This document shows, in pieces, positions 39,649-48,194 of a stretch of DNA of 48,351 nucleotides (position 1 is its first letter; each line of letters begins with the position of its first letter). This DNA comes from Kangiella sp. (GTDB lineage: Bacteria > Pseudomonadota > Gammaproteobacteria > Enterobacterales > Kangiellaceae). The notes under the pieces are model-generated. The model was not told where the DNA came from and did not search any database. It saw only the letters and a list, made by a program, of their open reading frames with translations. Where the stretch lies: the NCBI GenBank assembly GCA_026195755.1, contig JAPHRL010000068.1, positions 1 through 48,351 of the forward strand, written 5' to 3'. The translations under genes and the position numbers were made by a program.

Positions 39649-41598
39649 ATGAGACACCTATTTAAATCGAGTTTAGTATCCCTTCTAATTCTGGGAGCTA
39701 TATCCCAGCCTGTACTAAAAGCTGAAGAACACAAATCTTCTGATCTTAACAAGATGGTTATTACAACCAGTCGCTTTGAAAGTGACACAGTTGAGCTTCC
39801 AAGCCATGTGACCCTTATTACTCAAGAGGAAATCGAGCGCATTGCTGCGACCGATCTTAGTCAGGTATTGCGTCGCGTACCAGGTTTGCAGGTTTCCTAT
39901 ACCAATGGCAAAACCAGCGTTTCCATGCGCGGTATTTCGGCGGAGCAGGCCAGTAGTAATGTACTGGTTCTGGTTGATGGTCAGAGGCTTAATAAAACAG
40001 ATTTAGCCTCTCCGGATTTAGATACCATCAATATTATCGATATTGAGCGCATAGAGATTATTCAGGGAGCAGCCAGCAGTCTTTATGGCGATCAAGCTGT
40101 TGCCGGAGTGATTAATATCATTACCAAGTCTGGAAACCGCCAATCTAATATTATTCGTTACTCGCAAGGCCGTTTTGAACATAAGCAGGCAGCCGCTAAT
40201 CTTGCGTTTGAACTTGATGAGCAATGGTCGCTGATTTTGAAAGGTAACAAAAAATCTAGCGACAATTATCGCGAGCATAATGAGCTGGACAATAATCAGC
40301 TCGGCGCTGACTTGCATTACCAGGACAACCAGCAGCAATGGCGTTTCTCTTATCGTTCACGTAATGAAACACAGCAAACACCGGGGGCATTGTTAGAAGC
40401 AGATCTTGCTGACCCGAGACAATCACGACCTGAGTTTGCTAATGACTATGTCAGTACCGATGAATATTTTAGTCGTCTATTTGGGCAAGTTGAATTAAAT
40501 CCTAAATGGCAGTTTGCAGTGGATCTGAATCATCAGGAAGCTGATATTAATAGCGTGAATAGTTTTATCAATTTTGCCACCACTAATGTGAATCAGACTC
40601 ATCGAAATCAAAGTAGCATTTATCCCAGAGTGAAAGGTCAATGGGAGCTGGAGCAGGGTGTTGTACGCTGGATCAGCGGTATTGATTATGATGAAGCCGA
40701 GTACGCGTTTTCGCTATTGGCTCGCAGTAATCAACAAGCCATGGAAAGTCTTTATAGTCAGTTATATTGGCCACTCTCAAAGCAGACCACACTGGAGATT
40801 GCTGGTCGAGTGGCAGAGGTGGAAGATGATTTAATTGATGCCACCTTATATCCTAATGGTGTTGTTTTAAAAAATTCTGCAACGGCTTACGATCTAGGGT
40901 TGAGTCATGAGTTCAGTGATTCGCTGGATGGTTTTATTCGCTACAGCAACAACTATCGTTTTGCTAAAGTGGATGAACAGGCGTACACCTCAGAAGCTGT
41001 GTTGGGCCTTGAGCCACAAAAAGGTCGCTCCATTGAAGCCGGTATCACCAGTCAGTTCGATTCAAGCTTATTGCAGGCTTCTGTCTATCAGTTGAAGCTG
41101 GAAGATGAGATCTTTTTTGACCCCTCAGCGCCCCCACCAGCGGGTGCTTTTTTTCCGGGAGCAAATGTGAATGGCGGGGAATCAACTCGCTTGGGTTTGA
41201 TGCTTGATTACCGGATCTTCATTGATGAAGACGAGCTGGGTGTTTCTTATCATTGGGTTAATGCCGAAACTGAACCTGCTGATTACACTGTCCCCGGCGT
41301 TTCAAAAAACACCATAACCAGCTGGTATAACTGGCAAGTGACGAGTGATGTGAGTTGGTACCTTGAAGCACATTACCGTGGCGATCGTTATCAAGATGGA
41401 GATACAACCAACTCATTGACCAAGGTTGATGGTTATACCTTGTTGAACAGCGCGTTATACTGGCGTTTAGACAATACCCGCATCGGCTTAAGAGTCGATA
41501 ATTTGCTGGATAAGGAGTATATTGATTACGCACAATTTAATGGTTATTACCCAGCAAAAGGTCGTGATTTAACACTGACTTTTGATCTGGTTTTCTAA
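39649..41598 (+). CDS. btuB: TonB-dependent receptor, vitamin B12 transporter BtuB-like
   Basis: Signal peptide; plug motifs VLVLVDG and IERIEIIQG..SLYG..AGVINIITK; DNLLDKEY; terminal Phe; downstream of the riboswitch. Confidence 0.8.
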   Translation: MRHLFKSSLVSLLILGAISQPVLKAEEHKSSDLNKMVITTSRFESDTVELPSHVTLITQEEIERIAATDLSQVLRRVPGLQVSYTNGKTSVSMRGISAEQASSNVLVLVDGQRLNKTDLASPDLDTINIIDIERIEIIQGAASSLYGDQAVAGVINIITKSGNRQSNIIRYSQGRFEHKQAAANLAFELDEQWSLILKGNKKSSDNYREHNELDNNQLGADLHYQDNQQQWRFSYRSRNETQQTPGALLEADLADPRQSRPEFANDYVSTDEYFSRLFGQVELNPKWQFAVDLNHQEADINSVNSFINFATTNVNQTHRNQSSIYPRVKGQWELEQGVVRWISGIDYDEAEYAFSLLARSNQQAMESLYSQLYWPLSKQTTLEIAGRVAEVEDDLIDATLYPNGVVLKNSATAYDLGLSHEFSDSLDGFIRYSNNYRFAKVDEQAYTSEAVLGLEPQKGRSIEAGITSQFDSSLLQASVYQLKLEDEIFFDPSAPPPAGAFFPGANVNGGESTRLGLMLDYRIFIDEDELGVSYHWVNAETEPADYTVPGVSKNTITSWYNWQVTSDVSWYLEAHYRGDRYQDGDTTNSLTKVDGYTLLNSALYWRLDNTRIGLRVDNLLDKEYIDYAQFNGYYPAKGRDLTLTFDLVF

Positions 41599-41623
41599 TG
41601 TGACTTTACACAACGGAGAGTCA

Positions 41624-42172
41624 ATGAGTAATCGATTAACTCGCATCACTACAGGGCAGGGCGACAAAGGAATGACGCGCCTTGCTAATAAAGAGCATGT
41701 GAAAAAAAGTCACCCACGTATCGAGGCAATTGGTACGGTGGATGAGCTAAATGCTGTTTTGGGCATGTTAGTGGCATCTATTAAAAAGCCGCAACATGAG
41801 GCGATAGTCAGCGCTCTCAAGAGCATTCAGAATCAGCTGTTTAGTCTGGGCGGTGAATTAGCAAGCCCACCACAAACCTTCTTAAAACCATCCGATATAG
41901 CGCAACTGGAAGCATGGATAAAAACCTGGAATCAGAAGCTACCGCCGCTAAAAGAGTTTGTGATTCCAGGCGCTTGTGTTGCTTCGGCCAATGCCCACTT
42001 TGCGCGCTGTGTTGCGCGTAGAGCAGAGCGGCGGTTAGTTGCACTCATAGAGCAAGAAGAGGTGACTGAGTTGAGCATTATTTATCTCAATCGATTATCG
42101 GATTTGTTATTCATTATAAGTCGTATGATTGCCCGAAGTGAGTCAGCTAAAGAAGCTCAGTGGCAACGTTAA
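41624..42172 (+). CDS. Cob(I)alamin adenosyltransferase, PduO type
   Basis: TGQGDKGMT, GTVDELN, LPPLKEFVIPG, RRAERR and YLNRLSDLLF. ATG at 41624 follows GGAG. Confidence 0.9.
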   Translation: MSNRLTRITTGQGDKGMTRLANKEHVKKSHPRIEAIGTVDELNAVLGMLVASIKKPQHEAIVSALKSIQNQLFSLGGELASPPQTFLKPSDIAQLEAWIKTWNQKLPPLKEFVIPGACVASANAHFARCVARRAERRLVALIEQEEVTELSIIYLNRLSDLLFIISRMIARSESAKEAQWQR

Positions 42173-42183
42173 AGGAAACTGGA

Positions 42184-42711
42184 ATGCATAAAATAACCCC
42201 TAAAGTTTATACCTTAATCGCACTGATTGTAGCAGTGTCACTCTACCGTATTTTTCCGCACCCACATAACATCACTCCAGTGATGGCGCTGGCCTTATTC
42301 GCCGGTACCTACTTTGATAAAAAGTGGATGGCCTTCGGCGTACCATTGGTCTCCATGTTTTTGGCAGATCTGTTTTTAGGACTGCATAACACTATCATTT
42401 TTGTTTATGGAGCCATGGCTATCGCAGTTGTCATCGGCTTCTGGCTACACAATCGTGTGAGCAGCCTAAAAGTTATCGGTGCGACCATCGGTAGCTCGTT
42501 AGTTTTCTTCCTGATCAGCAACTTCGGTGTTTGGCTAGTTTCAGGTTATTACAGTAAAACCTGGGCAGGGCTTATCGAGTGTTACACCATGGCACTGCCA
42601 TTCCTGCAACGCAGCATGATGGGTGATTTGTTATTTAGTGGTGTCTTATTCCTTAGCTATTGGCAGATTCAGAAGCATTGGTTGGAGAAGAGGGCAGCTC
42701 AGGAAGCTTAA
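42184..42711 (+). CDS. DUF6580-like membrane protein, putative corrinoid transporter (ECF S-component-like)
   Basis: RIFPHPHNITPVMALALFAG, FFLISNFGVW and CYTMALPF; about 5-6 TM segments; last gene of the B12 operon. Confidence 0.65.
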   Translation: MHKITPKVYTLIALIVAVSLYRIFPHPHNITPVMALALFAGTYFDKKWMAFGVPLVSMFLADLFLGLHNTIIFVYGAMAIAVVIGFWLHNRVSSLKVIGATIGSSLVFFLISNFGVWLVSGYYSKTWAGLIECYTMALPFLQRSMMGDLLFSGVLFLSYWQIQKHWLEKRAAQEA

Positions 42712-42721
42712 GTCTTAGACT

Positions 42722-42760
42722 GTAGGTTGGGCCTGCCCTTTGGGTGGCTCGCCAACCTAC
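42722..42760. repeat. GTAG-family REP-like palindrome, copy 1
   Basis: GTAGGTTGG-gcctgccctttgggtggctcg-CCAACCTAC. Confidence 0.75.
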
Positions 42761-42789
42761 GTTCCTCGTATACAGAAACACCGTATTGG

Positions 42790-44316
42790 TTATTGATACT
42801 CGTCGATATTGATCTTTCGACTGTTCGCGTTGGCTTCCTTGACTGCTTCTAGCATTGCGTCAAGCTGGCTACGGTCGAATACTCGACCATTAAGAATCAC
42901 CGTGTCGATGGTCCGGGTATTTTCAATATCGCTCAGTGGATTCTTATTGAGTATAACGAGGTCTGCACGGCGACCCGCTTCAATAATCCCTGCGTTGCTA
43001 TTCATCAGCTCCGCCGGATTCCTAGTGGCTGTAGCGAGTGTTTGCGCAGGACTCATACCTCCTAAATTAAGTGATCTTAGTTCATCATGTATTGAAAATC
43101 CTGGCACTACCAGGTTCGCTCCAGAGTCTGTGCCAGCCACAATCTTAACGCCACGCCTAACCATTGCTTTTAACAGAATATGATGGGCTTTCTCTCGAGC
43201 TTTCCAGAAAATGTCATTCTTCTTATAGATTTCTTCTTCGGGATCGCCTGTAGCCTCGAATTGGTTGTAACCGGGTAACCAGCCCACTTTAAATTCTTCC
43301 GAGTCTTTGGTGCCTTCAACAATACCAGGGTTGGCGTATTCGATAGCGACTTCCTGTAAGGCCACCTCAAGGTTACTGAATTGGTCATGGATGCTTTCCA
43401 TAAACCACAGTACCGAGTTTACGGTAATGTCATTCGCCAACAGATCATCAATAATGTCATCGCTGCGGGCTTCTACATGGGCATAGAAAGCATCGCTGCC
43501 TTGCTCATTGATCGATCCAAACTCTCGAATCAGTACACGAACAATTTCCTCAAGATGGGCCACTTCTTTTTGCTGCGTTACAGCGAGCTCGGATAATTCC
43601 ATGGTTAATGGGAAATGACCCGTCGTCGGCACACCTAATTCGGCGGCCAACTCGTTGACAGCTCGGTAGCTAGGCATATCGAGGTGGTAAATTTTAATGG
43701 CATCGTAACCTTGCTCGGCAAACTCTTTTACCATGCTTTTTGCGTGCTCAACATCGCGGGTATTTTTATGGAAGGTAATCAGCTCCCAAAAAGCACCCTC
43801 AAGAAAACCCATCGAATCAATCGGTGGTGATGCAACAAACATACGCGGGCCAACGCGGCCTTGCTCAACCTCATCGCGTATTTGCAGACGCTCAGGCGGC
43901 CCGCCCAAATCACGAATGTGCGTAACGCCGTTGGCAACGTAAAGCAATAGGTCATTAGGACTCTTCAGAATATGGGCGTGTGAATCCACCAAGCCAGGAA
44001 TCATGTATTTACCATGCCCGTTAATAACTTTTGCATTAGCAGGTATCGCGCCGTCGACAGTCACTGAAATAATCTTTCCGCCAGCGATTACTACAGTCCG
44101 GTCAGCTAACATCGTTTGACCGTCTGGTGAGAGTACGCTGATATCCGTAAGCGCTGTGAGCTCAACCGGTGAAGCAAAAGCCGTATGAGCGACCTCTTCG
44201 GTGTGAGCGCCATAGATAAAATTAACGCCGTGTTTAAACCACAGCAGATATGCCGTGACAAGAATGATCGCGCAAGCTAAGAGGGCAAGAAGCCATTTCG
44301 ATAGTGTTTTTAACAT
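42790..44316 (-). CDS. Amidohydrolase-family protein with an N-terminal membrane anchor
   Basis: IPGLVDSHAH, NGVTHIRD, AGTDSG, ATRNPA and GRRADLVIL. Confidence 0.85.
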   Translation of the reverse strand: MLKTLSKWLLALLACAIILVTAYLLWFKHGVNFIYGAHTEEVAHTAFASPVELTALTDISVLSPDGQTMLADRTVVIAGGKIISVTVDGAIPANAKVINGHGKYMIPGLVDSHAHILKSPNDLLLYVANGVTHIRDLGGPPERLQIRDEVEQGRVGPRMFVASPPIDSMGFLEGAFWELITFHKNTRDVEHAKSMVKEFAEQGYDAIKIYHLDMPSYRAVNELAAELGVPTTGHFPLTMELSELAVTQQKEVAHLEEIVRVLIREFGSINEQGSDAFYAHVEARSDDIIDDLLANDITVNSVLWFMESIHDQFSNLEVALQEVAIEYANPGIVEGTKDSEEFKVGWLPGYNQFEATGDPEEEIYKKNDIFWKAREKAHHILLKAMVRRGVKIVAGTDSGANLVVPGFSIHDELRSLNLGGMSPAQTLATATRNPAELMNSNAGIIEAGRRADLVILNKNPLSDIENTRTIDTVILNGRVFDRSQLDAMLEAVKEANANSRKINIDEYQ

Positions 44317-44450
44317 GTGTAGGTTCCATCTGTTAGTGATGACCTAATTTCAACACTAGAGTGGGGCAGGTGCGTCCAGCTTTATAAGATTAGACATCCA
44401 ATAGGATAGTTTTACGCCTGTTCAAGAACATCAATGCAAGGTTACTGGCT

Positions 44451-45566
44451 TTAATGCTGGCCTCGGTATTGGCTTGGGGTTTGTCCGGTGAGCTTTTTAA
44501 ATGTGGCATTGAAACTGCTTTTTGACGAAAAACCTGCATCTAGCGCCAGATCAATCAATTTGCGTCCGCAGTTGCGGTCGAGTTGCTGACAAACCTCAGT
44601 TACCCGATATTCGTTGATAAATTGATTAAAATTTTTGCCACCGTATTGATTTAAGGTCTCTGACAATTGATGCACACTAACTCCAACTGTCTCAGCAAGC
44701 GTTGCCAAGGTAAGTTCACTATTGCGATACAAAGCCTGCTCTTTTACTTGGCCTTGCACTAATTGCAAAATGCTTGAACGCGTTTCTTGATCTAATAAGC
44801 CACCGGATGACTGTTGCTCGCTTGGCGACCTTGCTTGCTCCTGTTGAGTGGTAAGTTGCGTCGAAAGTTGCTGAATGTGAAATAGATCAGGCTTGCGCCA
44901 TTGAACAATGGCAACAAAGTAAACCATGATTACCAGCAGACCATCGGCCACAAGATTTAACATTGGCGCCGGGTTAATAAAGTAAAACAGCACCTTTAAA
45001 CTCCATATCACAACCATGAAGGTAATCAGGCTCCATAACCATCTGAATATATCGGGATTGTAAGATGATAGTGTTTGTTTAGCCTTGGCCTGGTAGCGAC
45101 TGACCATTCTAATCAATAGCGCTGCGTAAATGACCGTTTGACCGTAGAAAACAACTTTTGTCAGGGTATGTTTAAACAGTGAGGTTTCAGGCATTCTTAC
45201 AAAACTTAACGCCTTTTCGGCGGAGAACAGAATGTCATAATTGAGCAAGTAGCATATTGCTAGCGGCAGTATGTGTAGAAGATCGATGGGTTTAAGCGCT
45301 GTGCCCGTAATTGCTGTTCGACAATACAGGTATGTAAGAGCCCCATAAGAGGCGGGTAGAAACACCAGGAAACCAATCAGCCAGGCAAATTGACTGTCTC
45401 CAGCGGCAACGATTAACGGAAGCACAAAGGTAGTCGCTATAAACAGACATAATATGCCTAGTAATTTACTGGCGTAGTTAACCCGCTTGTCACTCACTAG
45501 AAGCGTGAATAACAGAAAGCCCTGAAAGGCTCCAATGGCCAGTATTAAAGTCTGAGTTTGCGACAT
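44451..45566 (-). CDS. AraC-family regulator with an N-terminal multi-TM sensor domain
   Basis: About 7 hydrophobic segments; C-terminal NFNQFINEYRV and AGFSSKSSFNATFKK..GQTPSQYR. Confidence 0.88.
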   Translation of the reverse strand: MSQTQTLILAIGAFQGFLLFTLLVSDKRVNYASKLLGILCLFIATTFVLPLIVAAGDSQFAWLIGFLVFLPASYGALTYLYCRTAITGTALKPIDLLHILPLAICYLLNYDILFSAEKALSFVRMPETSLFKHTLTKVVFYGQTVIYAALLIRMVSRYQAKAKQTLSSYNPDIFRWLWSLITFMVVIWSLKVLFYFINPAPMLNLVADGLLVIMVYFVAIVQWRKPDLFHIQQLSTQLTTQQEQARSPSEQQSSGGLLDQETRSSILQLVQGQVKEQALYRNSELTLATLAETVGVSVHQLSETLNQYGGKNFNQFINEYRVTEVCQQLDRNCGRKLIDLALDAGFSSKSSFNATFKKLTGQTPSQYRGQH

Positions 45567-45750
45567 GATTGGTTTTGTATTAGATCAAAATAAGAGCACG
45601 TAAGTCTATCCATTCACAGAGCTGATGTCGATTTGTAGTTGTTTTATATAATCAGGTAGCTCCTTACCTTTCGGATCATCGTACCCAAGGGGACAGACCC
45701 TCGCTTTGCTCCGATGTTGTCTCGCGACTGCGTTGCTCCGCTCGACCCCG

Positions 45751-45821
45751 AGGGTTCTCATCTCTGCCGTAGATACAACAAATACCCACACAAGGTGGGT
45801 ATTTGTTGTATGGCGGTGAAG
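45751..45821 (-). repeat. tRNA-linked direct repeat, distal copy (tRNA 3' end, terminator and GATGAGAACCC element)
   Basis: Matches 45958-46027 apart from 2 substitutions and 1 indel; includes the last 11 nt of tRNA-Ser (45811-45821). Confidence 0.9.
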
Positions 45822-45861
45822 CACTGAACTTGTTCCAGACAAGTTCTAGTATTCCCCACGC

Positions 45862-45926
45862 CTGACCCACATGGATGTGGGAAATGCAATAGTAATGCCT
45901 GGAGCATTACTTGCCTTGTGGGTCAG
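45862..45926. repeat. Nested inverted-repeat element (MITE/REP-like)
   Basis: CTGACCCACA...TGTGGGTCAG 10-bp ends, with an inner AGTAATGC-ctgga-GCATTACT stem. Confidence 0.6.
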
Positions 45927-45957
45927 ATGGATTACTGTCTTGCTCGGCTCTAATCCA

Positions 45958-46027
45958 AGGGTTCTCATCCCTGCCGTAGATACAAAAATACCCACACAAG
46001 GTGGGTATTTATTGTATGGCGGTGAAG
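45958..46027 (-). repeat. tRNA-linked direct repeat, proximal copy, including the tRNA terminator
   Basis: AGGGTTCTCATCCCTGCCGTAGATACAAAAATACCCAC-acaag-GTGGGTATTTATTGTATGGCGGTGAAG. Confidence 0.9.
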
Positions 46028-46107
46028 GAGGGATTCGAACCCTCGATACGCTATTAACGTATACACACTTTCCAGGCGTGCGCCTTCAGCCACTCGGCCA
46101 CTTCACC
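46017..46107 (-). tRNA. tRNA-Ser (GGA)
   Basis: Minus strand reads GGTGAAGTGGCCGAGTGGCTGAAGGCGCACGCCTGGAAAGTGTG..., with a long variable arm, then GGTTCGAATCCCTCCTTCACCGCCA; CCA end is encoded. Confidence 0.97.
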
Positions 46108-46223
46108 GTAAATCACTAAGACTGCCTAGCAATCTAGGCGGCGTAAGATATATGAATTGCCCAAAAAAGGCAATCCCTGATAATAAACTGGCTAAGCTTT
46201 GAGCTAGGCTAGGAGGGCTATTT

Positions 46224-46261
46224 GTAGGTTGGTCTGCCCCTTGGGTGCATCACCAACCTAC
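46224..46261. repeat. GTAG-family REP-like palindrome, copy 2
   Basis: GTAGGTTGGT-ctgccccttgggtgcatc-ACCAACCTAC. Confidence 0.75.
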
Positions 46262-46288
46262 TTAGTTAAACGGTTATATGGCTGAAAC

Positions 46289-46726
46289 CTAATCCTTTGG
46301 ACTCTGTAAATAAGCCTCTGTTGGCGAAACCAGTATATTTTCCATTGCCTCGCGACCAAGTAACATTTTGTAGCGCATTTTCTCGCGGTTAGCCAGGCTG
46401 ATATCAATATCCCAGGTCTGGTCACCGATGGTGATCGGGGTGCGTATCACATAGCGTGATTGGGTTTGGCCATTGGAGCTAGTGATTTTACGGAAGTCGA
46501 TCATCTCTGCTTCGCAGTTGAATACTCGTTTAGGGTGACGGCGAAGAGGACAGGTTTTAAATGACACGTAAGTATTGCCGTCTTTGTCAAAGGTTTTGAT
46601 ATCAAAAGCGTGCAGGCTTGAAGTTTTAGCGCCTGTATCGACTTTGATTTTAATACTTGAAATGCCAAGTCCTGATAGCTTGGCTTTTTCTTTCCATCCG
46701 ACTCTGATTTTGCTCATGCTGTTCAC
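46289..46726 (-). CDS. RimK-associated retropepsin-like protease ('ATP-dependent zinc protease' family, RimB-like)
   Basis: VGWKE, KVDTGAKTSSLHA, ITSSNG and MLLGRE; directly downstream of rimK. Confidence 0.85.
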   Translation of the reverse strand: MNSMSKIRVGWKEKAKLSGLGISSIKIKVDTGAKTSSLHAFDIKTFDKDGNTYVSFKTCPLRRHPKRVFNCEAEMIDFRKITSSNGQTQSRYVIRTPITIGDQTWDIDISLANREKMRYKMLLGREAMENILVSPTEAYLQSPKD

Positions 46727-46732
46727 CTACAA

Positions 46733-47647
46733 TCAGCCACGGCCTTTCGGCTTATTCGGGCCTTTTAAAGCATCTTTTTCGATGAACTGGATAATAGCAC
46801 CGGCAACGTCTTTACCAGTGGCTTTTTCAATACCTTCAAGGCCTGGTGACGAATTCACTTCAATCACTAATGGGCCGTGTGCAGAACGAATCAGATCGAC
46901 ACCGGCAACATCTAACCCCATCACTTTAGCTGCACGAACAGCAAGAGCGCGTTCTTCCGGTTTTAGTTTTATCACTTGAGCGCTACCGCCACGATGCAGA
47001 TTAGAGCGGAACTCGCCTTCTTTAGCGCTACGCTGCATGGCGGCAATGACTTTGTCGCCAACGACAAAACAGCGAATATCCGAACCGCCAGCTTCTTTGA
47101 TGAACTCTTGCACCAGGAAGTCGGCATTTAAACTGCGAAAAGCGTTAATCAAACTTTCTGCTGCTTTGTTGGTTTCAGCTAAGACCACACCATTGCCGTG
47201 TGTACTTTCGATGACTTTTACAATTAACGGTGCACCGCCAACTGACTCGATAAGTTCATCGGTCGCTTCAACTGAGTGCGCATAACTGGTGATGGGCATA
47301 CCAACACCTTTACGAGCTAGTAATTGGTGGGCGCGAAGCTTGTCACGCGAACGGGTAATGGCAATGGATTCATTGACTGAGTAAACGCCGCCCACCTCAA
47401 ATTGTCGCAATACTGCGGTACCGTAAGCCGTTACCGACGCACCAATACGTGGAATGACCGCTTCAAACTCCAGCTGGCGAACTTTGCCTTGAACTTTACT
47501 GTGTACGGTAGGGCGATTCGATGTGATGTTCATGAAGCATTTGAGCACATCAACTACTTGCGCTTCATGGCCGCGTTCTTCTGCAGCTTCAACCAGTCTC
47601 TTGGTGGAATAAAGGCGAGGATTGCGCGATAAAATACCTATTTTCAT
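46733..47647 (-). CDS. rimK: 30S ribosomal protein S6-L-glutamate ligase (ATP-grasp)
   Basis: [43 protein letters not shown] and [12 protein letters not shown]. Confidence 0.93.
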   Translation of the reverse strand: MKIGILSRNPRLYSTKRLVEAAEERGHEAQVVDVLKCFMNITSNRPTVHSKVQGKVRQLEFEAVIPRIGASVTAYGTAVLRQFEVGGVYSVNESIAITRSRDKLRAHQLLARKGVGMPITSYAHSVEATDELIESVGGAPLIVKVIESTHGNGVVLAETNKAAESLINAFRSLNADFLVQEFIKEAGGSDIRCFVVGDKVIAAMQRSAKEGEFRSNLHRGGSAQVIKLKPEERALAVRAAKVMGLDVAGVDLIRSAHGPLVIEVNSSPGLEGIEKATGKDVAGAIIQFIEKDALKGPNKPKGRG

Positions 47648-47840
47648 GTGTCTTCCAGATTGTGCTTAGAGTGATGTCAATAAATTGAATGGTCGATTGA
47701 CCAATTGCTGGCCAATATACCATAGATTTCTGTCGGGGCTACACAACTAAATGGTCACCAACCGTAAGCTCCTATTCCTTAAAGACCACTATATATGTTG
47801 CAAGTAAAACTTTTGCCAATTGATTCATGTTTTGTCGGGT

Positions 47841-47906
47841 TGTCATTTAGTTGTCTACTTTCTGTCAATCAACGGTCACCGATTCGTCACATTGCTTTTC
47901 TATAGT
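47841..47906 (+). promoter_or_regulatory. Pho-box array with -10 element (PhoB-dependent promoter)
   Basis: TGTCAT (47841), TGTCTA (47852), TGTCAA (47863), GGTCAC (47874) and CGTCAC (47885) at exact 11-bp spacing, then TATAGT at 47901-47906; upstream of alkaline phosphatase. Confidence 0.8.
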
Positions 47907-47984
47907 TGCCTCAGATGAAAGAAAGGCACTGTGTCTTTCTGGGTTATGTAACCGAGTTAATTAACCAAGATGATGGGGTACAGG

Positions 47985-48194
47985 ATGAAAAACTTTAGTA
48001 AGAAGTGTGGCCTGGCAGTTATGAGTACGTTAGCTGTCAGCTCATTACATGCTGCGGTTGTTCCAGATGCACAAAAAAATAGTAGCTGGTTTAACCAAGG
48101 GCAAACTGCGATTCAAAAGCAACTGGCTTTAACGTCACAGACTAAGGCTAAAAATGTGATTCTATTTGTCGGCGATGGCATGGGCGGGATCTAA
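47985..48194 (+). CDS. Alkaline phosphatase (PhoA family), N-terminal fragment truncated at an apparent junction
   Basis: Signal peptide, then AKNVILFVGDGMG (first metal-binding motif), followed at once by GGG ATC TAA. Confidence 0.75.
   Translation: MKNFSKKCGLAVMSTLAVSSLHAAVVPDAQKNSSWFNQGQTAIQKQLALTSQTKAKNVILFVGDGMGGI

Noticed and set aside
44392-44399. Isolated Met-box-like AGACATCC
   Set aside because: It is a single 6/8 box with no in-register partner.
45730-46027. CRISPR array or prophage att pair
   Set aside because: Only two copies of about 70 bp with a long spacer; no cas, integrase or phage genes in the window.
45606-46119. Short ORFs 45606..45842, 45676..45870 and 45871..46119
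   Set aside because: They overlap the tRNA and its repeats and have no protein-like features.
735-47632. The remaining short ORFs in the track that overlap well-supported genes
   Set aside because: They are alternate-frame or antisense shadows with no independent motif support.
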